A program made the translations under genes and the position numbers. A DNA stretch of 43,110 nucleotides from Klebsormidium nitens (lineage: Eukaryota; Plantae; Klebsormidiophyceae), in assembly GCA_000708835.1 (NCBI GenBank), contig DF237580.1, positions 7,312 through 50,421 on the forward strand. Direction: 5' to 3'. The notes below the pieces were generated by a model that ran no database searches, was not told the origin of the DNA, and saw nothing but the letters and a program-made list of their open reading frames with translations. Of the stretch, positions 12,993 through 24,760 are shown piece after piece; within the stretch, counting starts at the first letter, position 1, and each line of letters opens with the position of its first letter.

Positions 12993-14707
12993 CTATCCCC
13001 AACGTAAGCTGCGATGAACTGTTCATAGTACTCCTCATCCTTGAAAATTAAGGGGTCTTGCAGTGCTTGATAATCAGGGAAGTGTCTCCTCTCAACGGTG
13101 ACGATCCGCGTATTGTCTGCAAGAACAACGATCAGATCTTGCACGCGAGGGAGTGGCGAGTTGATTGTTCAGGCACAGGCCCCTCCGTGAACTAGCCACA
13201 AGTAATTCGCTTTCAAATTTCAAGAAGAAAGCGTTTCTCCAGGGCCGATAAGCTGTGAAGCCCTTCCTTTTCAAGTGTTGCAGTTTCGACAAGAATCGCT
13301 CCACGTCAGCCAGAGCAGGAAGCTTTTGTACGTGGAAGATGTTCTGGTGAAAACTTAAACTTGCAGCTGTCATGTGGAATCGTAGAAACCAGCTTAAAGC
13401 CCCCTGGGTTATGATCCTATCCCCAGAACATATTCAATGTTAAAGCATGCACGCTCAACCAAAGCAGACTACCGCAGGCCCTCATCGTGTCAACATGCTG
13501 ATGGCCTTTGAGCAAGCGGAGCATGTTGCAGGGCTGGTGCCATGAGAAATTCTCTCCTGCAAGGACCTTCGTGTTGCAAAAATGCGACTTTTTTGACTAC
13601 AATGGCAGGAGCTTGAAGCCCGAAGAGCACCTAAAGAACTTCAAAGACGTGCTATAGCACCTTAAGAGCACACCTCTGCTATCAGCTGATTTCTGTGTTA
13701 ATTGACCAGAGAGCAATGAAGCAATTGCAAAGCAGAAGAGTGAACTCCTCAATCACTCCCTGCTGGTGTGATGCAATATTCGCTCACATCGATATAATTG
13801 TGTTTTTGCTAGCGACCGTTCTACATACTTTCACTCCCGGTTTGCGAAAGATCAACAAGAAAGCGAGGCCATCGAGAAGACTGCAGGGCGACCAGAATTG
13901 ATTGAGACTCGCTTGCAAAACGTTATTACGCGAACCGTGATGCTTGCTTGAAGCTGAGCTACGGCTGAGTTAAGGTTAAGTTACGGCTGCGTTAACGCAA
14001 ACTTATGGTTATCGGTTGTGCTGACCGCCCTTGGAAAAGTCTTCAGCACACCTGGTGTTCTTTCTCGTTCCGTGGAAGCTGGCTCCTCTTTGGCAACCTG
14101 CAGCAGAGAACGCTTTTTCTCGAAGCCAGACAACCCCAGCTGACGGACTCGATGACGTCAGCTCTGTGTCACAAGCTCAGACCGACTGATTTCGCACACG
14201 TGCCAAGGGAAAACTACCTGCTCTTCTTCCTTTCCTGCCGGACTCTGAACGTGCTCCTACTAGCTAAATGTATCCGAGTCTTCTGGATACACTGTCATCA
14301 AGAGCATCTGAGCTGACGAATCCAGTACCTAGCTAGTCCGCCCCCTAGTGTCAACTCGAATACGACAGCAGCTCGCTTTGAAACTGCCCTGTCTGACTTC
14401 CCAGTGTCTGTTGACCAACTGACCTGGTTGGCGAGTTCAGACGTAACTTTAGGAAGCCGCTCCTCAGATACGGTCATATGCAAGTCATGGCCACAGCTGA
14501 GGCAAATGATACAGTCAAAGCTGGCCAGGCTCCGAAGCGTGATCTCTCCGCCGACCTTGTCTGGCGCCCCTCCTGCGAGGTGGTTGCCTGCACAGCTCTA
14601 CCTGAATGAGTCGAACGGGTGACCGCCTTTTCCGCTTGTCTTGTTTCTGGCACCCCTTTGACTTCGTCTTTCGATGCCAGCGCTGACGTGTTGCGTCTGG
14701 GGGCCAT
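12993..14707 (-). CDS. Possible multi-exon gene of unknown function; structure not resolved
   Basis: MAPRRNTSALASKDEVK... start at 14707 and several acceptor-preceded, protein-like segments (NIFHVQKLPALADVERFLSKLQHLKRKGFTAYRPWRNAFFLKFESELL near 13343-13200; NTRIVTVERRHFPDYQALQDPLIFKDEEYYEQFIAAYVGD near 13120-12995). I could not join them in one consistent frame and recognise no homology. Confidence 0.3.
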
Positions 14708-15802
14708 CTAGCTTATTGCCTCTGCACTTTGCTCAGGTCCTCAACTCACTCACGTCCCCGTTGGGGCTACTGCGCGAACTACTGCCTTGGCAGCCCGTTT
14801 GCCACATGCGTTTGCCCCGCTATTCTATGGCAGCTGACAGGCCTGCTTGGTGCCATTTACCCGCTGCTTTTTTGAACTTGAGGAGTTGATGACATGAGCA
14901 TCCCTTCAATGCATGCGCTGCTGGAAAGCAGGTCTACCTGTGGCCCGGCACGTAACGGTCAGCGAACTTGAGCATCCATGGCCGCCGTGATGTGACGCGG
15001 CCGCCTCACGCCGCTACGCGCGGCTAAGTAAGACCCCAGGGTTTAGGGGCTGCTCGAAGTACTATGTCCGTCGATTTCCAAAGTGTGCCAATCTACGCCC
15101 GCGCGCCGCGTCGATGGAACGTAGACGCATCTCAGCCGGCAGAAAAGCTCTGAAGCAATAATCCTTAAGCCTTAACCCTCGGGTTATATCAGTCAGGATA
15201 TTTCCCTATGAATCTTAAAGCAATCGGGATCGCGCCAGCACAATGACTCGAAACATGTGTACCATTCTGCAAAGAGCTAGGCGCCAGCGCGCCCCTTACA
15301 GCTAGGTCGCACTACAGACCTGGTTGTGAATCATAGCGTATTCGGACGACATGTCATCAAAGAGGACACAACATCGTAAGCAAGATGGACGTTCCTGAAG
15401 CTAGCCTAGTAGTGCATGCACGATCATCCTCCCGTATTGGAATTTTAGCAACTTATCAGTGCGTTGATTGTGCTTGAGTTTGCACTAAGATATAGTCCAT
15501 GCAAAAAACTATCATGCATTTTGACGGTATATGATAATCAAGCTCAACAGCAATGTTGATTGCATGATGCGAAAAGGTATTAATGCCAGCCTTGAGCCTT
15601 AAGCGCACACACACATCAGTGACACACACTTCATGACGGAGATTAACCGCTGACTTTGGGCAAAACCTGAGCATCCAACCGTTTGCTTCATTGTACAATA
15701 GCTGCTGTGTCTGGTCTCTCAACCCACAAGTTACTGCATAACTAAACCTTCCGAGAGGTAGAGGTTCATGACGAACCTGGAGTACTATCAAACCTGGTAC
15801 TA

Positions 15803-18800
15803 CTATGTGATCCTCGCACTCAACAACCGCTCCCCCTGCGAAACCCAAACCTTGATTCCGAGCACTCCGTGAATGGTGTTTGCCGAATACTCGGCATACC
15901 CAATCTGGGCACGCAGCGTGTGTAGAGGAACACGCCCTTCCCGAATCCACTCCGTGCGGGCGATATCGACACCGTTCAGCCGACCAGCCACCTGGATCTT
16001 GATACCTTCCAAAACACCAAGCCCATATACCTGGAAGAAAGAGACGAGCCGTTGAGATATAAAGCAGTCACTCTGAGGTACCTATGCAGTCTGTTTCACA
16101 TCCCAGACTTTAGCACACTTGATAGCACTTAAAATGCCCAGAAACGCTCGACTTGAGTCACGGCAGACTCTAAGGGCCATCCCTGTAGGTTAAGAACAGG
16201 TCAACGAGCCGTGTGACTGCATCACATCCCGCGACTTGAAAAAACAAACCTAAGAGAAGCAAGGTAGGAGAAAAGCGAGAGTCGTATCCAATCTCAACAG
16301 AATGAGGAGACGAGCACTGTAGTTCAAAACCTGAGCAACCTCGACTTTGCCCCGCAGCAATCCAAACCGCCCAGAGATCTCATTTCCAAAGAGATACAAA
16401 TGCCTTACTTACATCCCGCCACGTGTTCTTAAGGACGATCCCAACAAGCACATGGCGAACGAATCCCGACACCATCCAAGAACACCACCGAAATGCTGGA
16501 GGCAGACCAATGAATCCACCAGCATCGACAAAATCAGGACTGAAAAATACAGAACTCAGACCGAGCGTAACATTTACCTTGTCGGAAACTCCCTTAGCTA
16601 CCCTCTGGAACGGCACACAATCATGTAAGCATCTGCCTGATGAACTCCGCAAGGTGAACCAGAAGACAACCAAGGACTAACAAAACACAAGATTCAGACA
16701 CAAATCATAATCCAAAGAATACCCACCTTGTCGAGGACCTCCTTGGCGACCCTCCGCAACGGCACGCGCTCCTCGAGCCTCTTCCAAGTAAAGCCCACAA
16801 GAGCAGAGCAGAAGATAAAACAAATACAACAAGCAATCAGGACTGATAGTACACAAGATTCAGACAGAAAGCAAAATCCAGAAAACACCCACCTTGTCAA
16901 GGACCTCCTCGGCGACCTCCGCAACGGCACGCGCTCCTCGAGCCTCTGCCCAGTGAACTCCGCAAGAATTTAAGAACAGATTCAAACAAAAAACAAGCAA
17001 TCAGCACTGTATAGAACACAAGATTCAGACAGCAGAATTTCAAAAACACGCACCTTGTCAAGAACCTCCTTGGCTACCCTCCGGAACGGCACGCGCTCCT
17101 CGAGCCTCTGCCCAATGAACTCCGCGAGGATCCCGGCGTTCGCGTCCGGCTTGCTCAGCTCCACGAGGCTGATCTCCAGCACGCGGTGGTTCTTGGCCAG
17201 CTTCTGCTTCAACAGGTCGCGCAGCTTGTAGACGGAGTCGTTGCGGATGAGCAGCCCGGGGTAGCCCGTGAAGATGCGCACGTTCACCTTGTCGACCACG
17301 CGGTCAACGCCGACCTGCGGATGGATTACAATAGGGTTAGAGTTGCTCAAGTATGTCTTTTACTTTGTATTCTTACGTGTTTCATCCGGAAAATGGATAA
17401 CAGGAATGACAGCCCGGAGTAGCCCAACAAGATGTGCACGTTGAACGTGTTGACAACGCGGTTATCGCCGAACTGCATTTGGCTTAAGGAGCGGGTCAGC
17501 AAAATCTTGGTAAAAACAACAGATATGGCTGCCCGGGGTGGCCCGTGAAGGTGCCCACATTCACTAGTCAATGCAGTCAACGCCAACCTAGGTTTGACGG
17601 GCGGAGGACCAGCCCAAGGGCCTGAGTTTGAATTGAAAACGCACAAGGCTAAGCAATGCTTGAGAAAAGGGCAGAAAATCAAGAACAAACGGCTAAACCG
17701 TTTAAGCTGAAGGCCGGTGTTTAGTAACCATAAGTGTCAAAAGCATCGCTGACACTTGAATTCGACAGATATGCCCACTGAGGAAGGCACAGGATTGGTG
17801 AAACAGACCTTGACGACCACCCAGGGTTGGTACACTATCGATGACTCTCGAGCATGGGGATCCTCAAGAATGGTTTTACTACTAGTAACGCTCAAGTAAG
17901 GGGGAATTTACGATAGCCGAAGAAGGGTCACGGCGATACGCCCACCTTGACGACCCCCCCGTAGTTGGTCGGAGTACGCACGTTCTTGCGGACGTACTTG
18001 AAGACCATGTCCCGGATCTCCTCGTCCTCCTGCAGAAGCTTGGCGTACTTGTCGCCCTTACCGTACCTGGTCAGAGGTTGAGCACAAGGTTATGCTTGTT
18101 CCACGCTGTTTGGAGGGTTCGCGTTTCGGGTTCAGGAAGGGATACAAAAAAGGCATAATTATCTGCTTACAAGTTGCACAATTGTTGCGCTTGCCATACT
18201 TGTTTAGAGGTTGACAACTAGGTTACAAAAGGCAAGTACACTCGTCACTCTGTTCTCATACGGGTTCAAGGGCGGGTTTCTCACAGATGACAAAAGATTG
18301 TGCAAATGACTGGGGTGATCGTCCAAAGCATTTTCAAGACTGCGGCTTCAGAAAAAATGTCTATCCGATTACTCGCTGAAATTCGACGGATCGTTTGTAG
18401 TTTGTATGTGTTCGCACTTGTGCAAACACCAAAGCTGCTGCTAGACCATAGCAGAAATGTTCCCAGCAGTTTAAGACACAGTTGAACGTTAAGAAAACCT
18501 GGCTTGGCGGCCTTGAATCGTAGCCAACTGAGTGCTGACAGCGGAGATGAGTTCAACAACAATCCCTCTGTGTCTTCGCGGTTGAAAACCTGCTACGATC
18601 GTTCGCTGACTATCTCTGCTCATTTGTAGTGTCACTTGACATTCTCAGCTCGAAAATGGAAAGCAGTTCATCGTTCTTTGCGCATTTGAGATTCTGGGAA
18701 GCTTTCCTTGGCTGCAAAGGAATCCTCCCAGTCTCGAAGCAAGTCCCCAGAAACGAAAGAGGAACTCGGTTGCAGGGCCATGAGCAGAATCCTCCAAGCT

Positions 18801-21308
18801 CCTAGATCCCTCAAACCCCACTTCCAAACTGGGACAAGCGATGAAAGCCCGAGACACTCACCAGTGAGAGTTGTGGTCCTCCGTGATCCCGATACGGAAC
18901 CCAGTTGGGTGCACTTTTTGCCCCATGCAGACCACACCGGCGCCCTGCTTGGCGGTCGCGGGCTGCGCCTTCATGGTCATTGCACTTCCGACGAAGGAGC
19001 TCTGCAGCTGGGGGGGCGCGTACCTGGGGCAAACGAGGGGGGTGGTTAGCAAAAGTATCGCTATTGCGTCGCCTCTTGTCTGATTTGTCGTATGCTTTGC
19101 AATCGTTTGTTTCAAAGGCGTTTGTTAGCATCTTTGGTAGATGATTCTCGTTCAGTAGCCGAGAAGACTGCGACGGACTCTCTTGGCTATGTTGTGGCCT
19201 TCAGACAAAAGCAAATGCAGCGAGTCAAACCCTGTAGCCCTCGCAACAACCTGTGGCTTCCCAATACCAACCTTAAGAGGCCTCAACACGGATATTTGAC
19301 CAGCCAAACAGCGGCCTCTGGACAATGGAAAAGCTCTCCTCAGGCAGTTGTTAAATCTGCCGGCGCAAGGAACAGAGGCGACTCTCTCATCAAAGGCTAT
19401 TTCAGAGTTGTGCGGTCTTTGCCACGGAAATTGCATGACGAGCGGACATTCTGAGTCAGACTGGCTTCGCACCAGAGGTAGGGCGGCAGAGTCATTGTGT
19501 GAAGGCATTGGCAAAGGGACAATGGCACAGTTGCCTGGACAGACCGTCCTTTCCAGACAACCGGTTTTTGAAGCACCCAAGCTTGAGTTGACCGGTACGA
19601 GCTTGCAAACAGACAGTGTCACTCACAAACTCAAGAATGTTCCAAGGACTGGACACCTTTTGACAAAAGGGATTCTCTCGTAAAGCACGCAGAGCGAAGG
19701 CTGGAGATGGACGATCGGAACATGCAAAGAGCGCGAAAAGAATGATGTTTCATGTGTCTTTTCTGGGTAGACGAACGCGTAAAAGGGACTGAAGAAACAC
19801 CCAGGCAAGAAGGCAAGAAGGCGGGAAACAGCAAATCAGCATGAGCGCGTGACAGCTCTTCACTTCCGTCCGAACTGCACACTCAACATAAGATTGTCAT
19901 CACTAGTGCATCCCTGCGGATCTTTCCTGTTGCTGGCAAGCGTGGCTTGCTGAAGCAGACCCAAGAAGAAACGCAACAAGACGTGTATCCAGCAAAAGCA
20001 GGCCGTTCACGTTCGCTTTCCCTCGGCGACTTTTATCAATTGCAGGACAAGAGTGGTTGGACAAAAGGCTGCCAGCCAGAGTTCCATCACTCCTCACAAT
20101 TGCTCCCAAGGATAACAATACATAACGACCCTTACACCTTATGGAATAAATCCCTGTTCTGACTGATATACTGGATGTAGCAGACTTCATGAGCCATCAT
20201 CCAATGGCGCTGCTTCATTCCAAGTAACCACTGTGACAATAAGCTCTAGCACGGAGACTGTGTCTTAGCAACAGCGTTCAGGAGCTTAAGCATTGCGTCA
20301 CCTTATGACTGCAGAATCAGCCAGACTCCGTCTCCAAACCAGTGTCGGCATGGTGGACATAAGGGCGCCAGAGCGCTGCCCGCCATCAAGAGCATCAAAA
20401 AAGTGCGCGAAAGACGTCCGGAAGATTTTAGCCTTGACTTCGAAGCTTCTAATGCCGCCAGCGTCCATCAGCATTGCCACCATTACCAAAAATGGACAAC
20501 AGGGTCCCCTTCCTGAAATAAGTGAGCTCAGTACAAGCGATCGTCAAGGCGAGAAAAGCCAAGCCCGCTATATGCACCATTACCAAGATGCAACACACAG
20601 TATGAGAGCCGGTGCTCTGTAATCCTTCAGAATAGAACGGGAATGTGAGATGGCCACGCCCGAGCCATCTCGACTTGGACCTCCGGAACACGCACAGAAC
20701 AGACGGTTCACAAGACCAGTGCAATGTGCTATTTGGCAGCTGCACCTGAGGCAGAATCCAACGACGCAATGCAACCCCATTTGAAATAGATGCCACATTC
20801 GCTCTGCAAAAGCTGGTGCAGAGTCGTTTCTGCCACCAAATATTGGAGGGACTGAGTGCCACACATTGCAACCCCAGATATTCCGCTCTGGTTAAATATA
20901 ACTTTCCAACAAAACCCTAGGTAGAACAGCCAGGCATAGGTAGAAAGCACAAGACGTCTACAACCGCTGCACATCCAAACTGTGATACAAGACAGTGTAT
21001 GTCTCAGCAATGAGTCCCCCGGGAGCAATGGCTGCCAGACTGTCACTTGTGCAGTTCCCCTTCTGTACTCTGTGCGAAAGGTAATTCCTGAACACAAGAT
21101 TTGCGACGCGAGATCAATGTGTCAGGAACCCTAAGGCGACATCACACCCAAGGCATGCTCGTCAACGCTGCTCAGTAGCAGAATGCAGCCCTTACCTGCT
21201 TCCCGCCAACTGCCTCGGCACCCCTGCATCTGTCCTCCGCCCCGACCCGCTCGCAACCCCGGTGCCCATGAATGCACCCACTGATCGGGCGGACATTGTG
21301 GCCGCCAT
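15803..21308 (-). CDS. rps3: Nuclear-encoded plastid ribosomal protein S3 (uS3c) with transit peptide; 5 exons: 21308-21196, 19023-18862, 18066-17946, 17314-17054, 16030-15803; 885 nt = 294 aa
   Basis: GT-AG junctions in frame. A ~70-aa Ser/Ala/Gly-rich presequence ends in VVC, directly before [15 protein letters not shown]. The KH domain and C-terminal [33 protein letters not shown]...[12 protein letters not shown] are of plastid/cyanobacterial type. Confidence 0.93.
16575..16975 (-). repeat. Three decayed tandem copies of the 3' end plus donor site of rps3 exon 4
   Basis: ...CTCGAGGAGCGCGTGCCGTTGCGGAGGGTCGCCAAGGAGGTCCTCGACAAG|gt recurs with donors at 16892, 16726 and 16577 versus the real donor at 17053 (spacing 161, 166, 149). 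The most distal copy is the most diverged. Confidence 0.92.
17410..17590 (-). repeat. Two decayed copies of the acceptor plus 5' end of rps3 exon 4
   Basis: On + strand, cccggagtagcccaacaagatgtgcacgttgaacgtgttgacaacgcggttatcgccgaactgca and gcccggggtggcccgtgaaggtgcccacattcac...gtcaacgccaacctag match the exon's cccggggtagcccgtgaagatgcgcacgttcaccttgtcgaccacgcggtcaacgccgacctgcg. Confidence 0.8.
17807..17831 (-). repeat. Decayed copy of the 3' end plus donor of rps3 exon 3
   Basis: accttgacgaccacccagggttggt versus exonic accttgacgacccccccgtagttggt at 17944; offset 137 bp; AAG|GT retained. Confidence 0.7.
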
Positions 21309-21868
21309 GATGTCAGCAAACCCCTGAGCACTTCCTAGAAAGGCCTCCGGAACACACCCCGCAGCGCCTGCAAAATCAGCCCCAAACCTTGCCAACACAA
21401 ATCAACCCTCCACAGGGATTCTTGCCTCCACTTCCTGCCGCCAGGCTGCTCGTCCTGCCCACTCCAAACGTCCCTTCCTCTCGCGCCTGAGCAGCAGCAA
21501 TAGCTGAAACATGCTGCGGACGAACTAGAGTTGCGCGACCCCCGCCAGCACAGAAGCATGTCACAAGAAGGGAGCTCTGAATCGTCCGATCCGAACAATT
21601 CTTGTGGACGCCGTTGCCGTACGATATGCAAACATTTGGAGTGCCCTTGAGCTCCTCAATTTGTTGATGGGTTTTGTGCTGATCGGACGGCTCAAACCTA
21701 TGCCAATGGCGGCTGCACAGCCAGAGGGATCCCACATATGCACGGTCCTCCACACGCTGACTCGGACTCGAACGCTCCAAATTTTTGGAAAGTTTGTTCA
21801 TTTGTTGTTCAATTCAAAGCGCAGGGCGACATTCAAAGCGGTGCTGCATCCATTTCCCTTCTTTTCAA

Positions 21869-23539
21869 ATGGATCAGCTTTGTTCCAGGCCCAAGAGGCC
21901 AATGGAGACTGCGTTCGATGCTGCAGCAGGGCGGCGCTGTAGTAAGAGAGTGGCAACACTTCGTCGAAAAGCAGTAGATGTAGATGTTGTTCCAGATGAC
22001 AGCCGCGCCATCAACGTTGAACCAGGGATGAGTTCGGGTCCTGAAGAATGTGGAGGGATCCCAAAAGAGATGCAAGATATAAGGCCAGATGGGAAAGATA
22101 AGTGCCCTTGTTTTGCAGCTGCAAGCCGGGGGGACTTAGACGGCTTGCAACAGCTGCGACAGGGGACACCACCGCGCCGCTGGGGGGCCCTGAGCTGTGC
22201 GCTTGCGGCTTTGTGGGAGGGTCATTTGCAGGTCGCAGAATGGATATACGAGCAAGACGCGTCTGTTATTGAGGGAGTGTGCTTGCTGGCCGCCAAGTTG
22301 GGGAGGTTGAACTTGCTCCAATGGGCCCGGGCAAGAGACCCCGCGCCCCATTGGGACAAGGAACTGTGCAATCAGGTGGTGATTATGGCACTCAGAATGG
22401 GGCGGCCCGAGGTTGCGCAGTGGGGTGTGCTCCAGAATCCAGCTATGGAGTGCGCGACCACATGTCTGACTGCCGCTGTGACGGGCAACCTGGCGACGCT
22501 GCAATGGCTCAGGGGCCGGACTCCCCCCTGCCCTTGGGTTGGGGTCGATTGCGCTCTGGGGGCTCTGGAGAATGGGCATCTCGAGGTGGTGAAATGGGTG
22601 CGAGAGCAGGACCCCAGGGCAGAGAGAGACGTGTGCTGTGAGGCCGCGAGGCAGGGGAGGGTGGATCTGCTGAAATTGGCGAGGGCGCAGGAGCCTCCAT
22701 TTTGCTGGAACACTAGCACATGCCTCAATGCTGCGATGCAGGGGCACCTAGAGACGCTGCAATGGTTGAGAGGGCAAGAGCCCCCATGCCCTTGGATCCC
22801 CGCCGAGTGCGTGTACGTTGCGTCGATGACAGGACATGTTGAGGTCCTGAAATGGCTGACGGAACAAGCACCAGAGACCAGAAACTCTGTCTGTTGGGTG
22901 GCCGCTCGAGCGGGGAGGTTGGAGATTCTTCAATGGGCCAGGGCACAAAACCCGGCGTTTGCTTGGAGCGAAGCTGTGACCACCGCTGCTGCAGAGCGGG
23001 GACAGCTCGACGCTTTGCAGTGGTTGCGAAATCAAGTCCCGCCGTGCCCCTGGGACGTCGCCAAGTGTGCGGTCTGCGCTGCGAACAATGGGCATATTAG
23101 CAATGTGCAATGGCTGAAGGCTCAAGATCCCTCGGCGGCGACAGCATTGACGCGCAATCACTTGGAAGAGTGCGTGTGGATTGCTACTTACGCGTGGCCT
23201 CCATGCGAGGACGTCGTAGGCCTTCTCAAGGCAGAGCCGCACATTCAGATGAGCCGAAAATACCACGGTAAGATCGTCAAAGACGATTTTATCGAGATTT
23301 TCAGATTCTTGGCAGCGCGGGGGGGTTACAGGTACACTCCTCGGCCGGGGTTGAATGCAGGCCCTATGTGCGCAAGGTTAGCTCGACATTTGATGATTCC
23401 TTTGGATGCGAATTCACAGAAGAGGGCCAGCGAAGTGTTCAAGAGGCAGGTCGCATTGAGTTGTGGCCTTGGAAAGATGGGTGTCTTTGGCGATGTAGCA
23501 CAAAAGATAGGTGTCCTGGCCGGACTCCCCTGGATATAA
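21869..23539 (+). CDS. Intronless ankyrin-like repeat protein (AAxxGxLxxLQWxRxxxPPCPW type); the ORF opens at 21785, first ATGs at 21869 and 21902
   Basis: 584-codon open frame with about five ~45-aa units such as AAVTGNLATLQWLRGRTPPCPW...CALGALENGHLEVVKW and AAMQGHLETLQWLRGQEPPCPW...ASMTGHVEVLKW. Confidence 0.85.
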   Translation: MDQLCSRPKRPMETAFDAAAGRRCSKRVATLRRKAVDVDVVPDDSRAINVEPGMSSGPEECGGIPKEMQDIRPDGKDKCPCFAAASRGDLDGLQQLRQGTPPRRWGALSCALAALWEGHLQVAEWIYEQDASVIEGVCLLAAKLGRLNLLQWARARDPAPHWDKELCNQVVIMALRMGRPEVAQWGVLQNPAMECATTCLTAAVTGNLATLQWLRGRTPPCPWVGVDCALGALENGHLEVVKWVREQDPRAERDVCCEAARQGRVDLLKLARAQEPPFCWNTSTCLNAAMQGHLETLQWLRGQEPPCPWIPAECVYVASMTGHVEVLKWLTEQAPETRNSVCWVAARAGRLEILQWARAQNPAFAWSEAVTTAAAERGQLDALQWLRNQVPPCPWDVAKCAVCAANNGHISNVQWLKAQDPSAATALTRNHLEECVWIATYAWPPCEDVVGLLKAEPHIQMSRKYHGKIVKDDFIEIFRFLAARGGYRYTPRPGLNAGPMCARLARHLMIPLDANSQKRASEVFKRQVALSCGLGKMGVFGDVAQKIGVLAGLPWI

Positions 23540-24760
23540 TACAAGATAGCAACATCTACCTACTCATATATATATCGAGACACTAATCAGCTTACGCGTC
23601 AAGTTACCGTCCTACTCAATAATCTGTAGAGTGCATACATTGCAATGCCTCGTACGCTGAGTGCTTCAATTGAGAGGTGTGCCACAAAGGTATATATAGC
23701 TTCAGCCCGACCGGAGCTGATTTGTGCATGGGCGCAAGCGGTATCAGTATGAAGATCATGGACTCACCACTCTGGTCGATCAAATCAACCTATAGCTGTC
23801 ATGATCACGAATGATCGTAACCGTCTAGCTATTTCTGCTCAGCTAGGGTCGAATCAATAGCAGCTGTCACTCATGAACCGTCGAATAGTTTAAGCAGTTA
23901 TACAATGACGGCCCGCACTCGCCGCGCTTGCATGCTTAGAACCGTGTAGGCTGCACTTATGCATCGATCATCAAGTTGCATGAGCAATCTACAATAGAAT
24001 TAATTGCATTGCAATGATTGTCAAATGTGCAAACTTAAATATTTCTAGAGCTAGCTCTCTAGCTGCGGCCAAGCTGATTGGCCCTGCAGTTGCACCTGCA
24101 GTGGCAGGTGCAACTAGCAGGCACGTCTTGAAGTTAATGCATCGATTAGTGAAAGCTCGATTCTTCAACCGCAATCAAGATTGTAGCGAGCATGGTGCAG
24201 GATCATGACAGCATTATTCTGTTGAATCTGGCAGCCGCCCTTATCATGCTAGCTCAACACCATATATCACGATAGGCTTTCCATTTTATGATTGATGAAT
24301 TTTGAATCAGTCTGCATGTATGTAAAGCTGCTTTAAGCCTCGATCAGCTAAGATGCTTTTGCAAACTCGTTTTCTTTATTGTTGGATGGTTGGTATGTAC
24401 ATGCATCTTACTAAAGATGCAACAGTGATGTACGCTGATAACTGTTCTGATCAGGAAATCAAGTAGCTCAACAAATTATCTTTGAAGCCTTAGTCTCGTC
24501 TTGCCGACACTGATGGCATCAGTCGACTTAAGTCGGTCTCGATGCAGCGCGTGCATAGCAACGCTTTCGCACTACCCGTACGTTGGTCATCCCTGCAAAC
24601 TCGTCTCGACGTTCCCTCGCGTTTCTCTCAGTCCCGAATGCATCGCTCAGCGGTACCCTCTCTATCTGCGTAGCGGTCTGATCGCATCCTGGAACAATGC
24701 TGTGCGCATAACGGATACATCGATATCCTAAGTCACGCGAGTATTTGCAACAACAGTCTA

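Noticed and set aside
15030-15190. Telomere-like TTTAGGG / TTAACCCT words
   Set aside because: Single isolated units, not an array.
9985-17060. CRISPR-like interpretation of the regularly spaced repeats
   Set aside because: Eukaryotic context, the repeats are exon-derived and over 80 bp, there are no unique spacers and no cas genes.
20298-20489. Alternative rps3 first exon with a phase-2 donor (AG|gtgacg)
   Set aside because: Weak donor and not transit-peptide-like; 21308-21196 has a consensus gtaag donor and typical composition.
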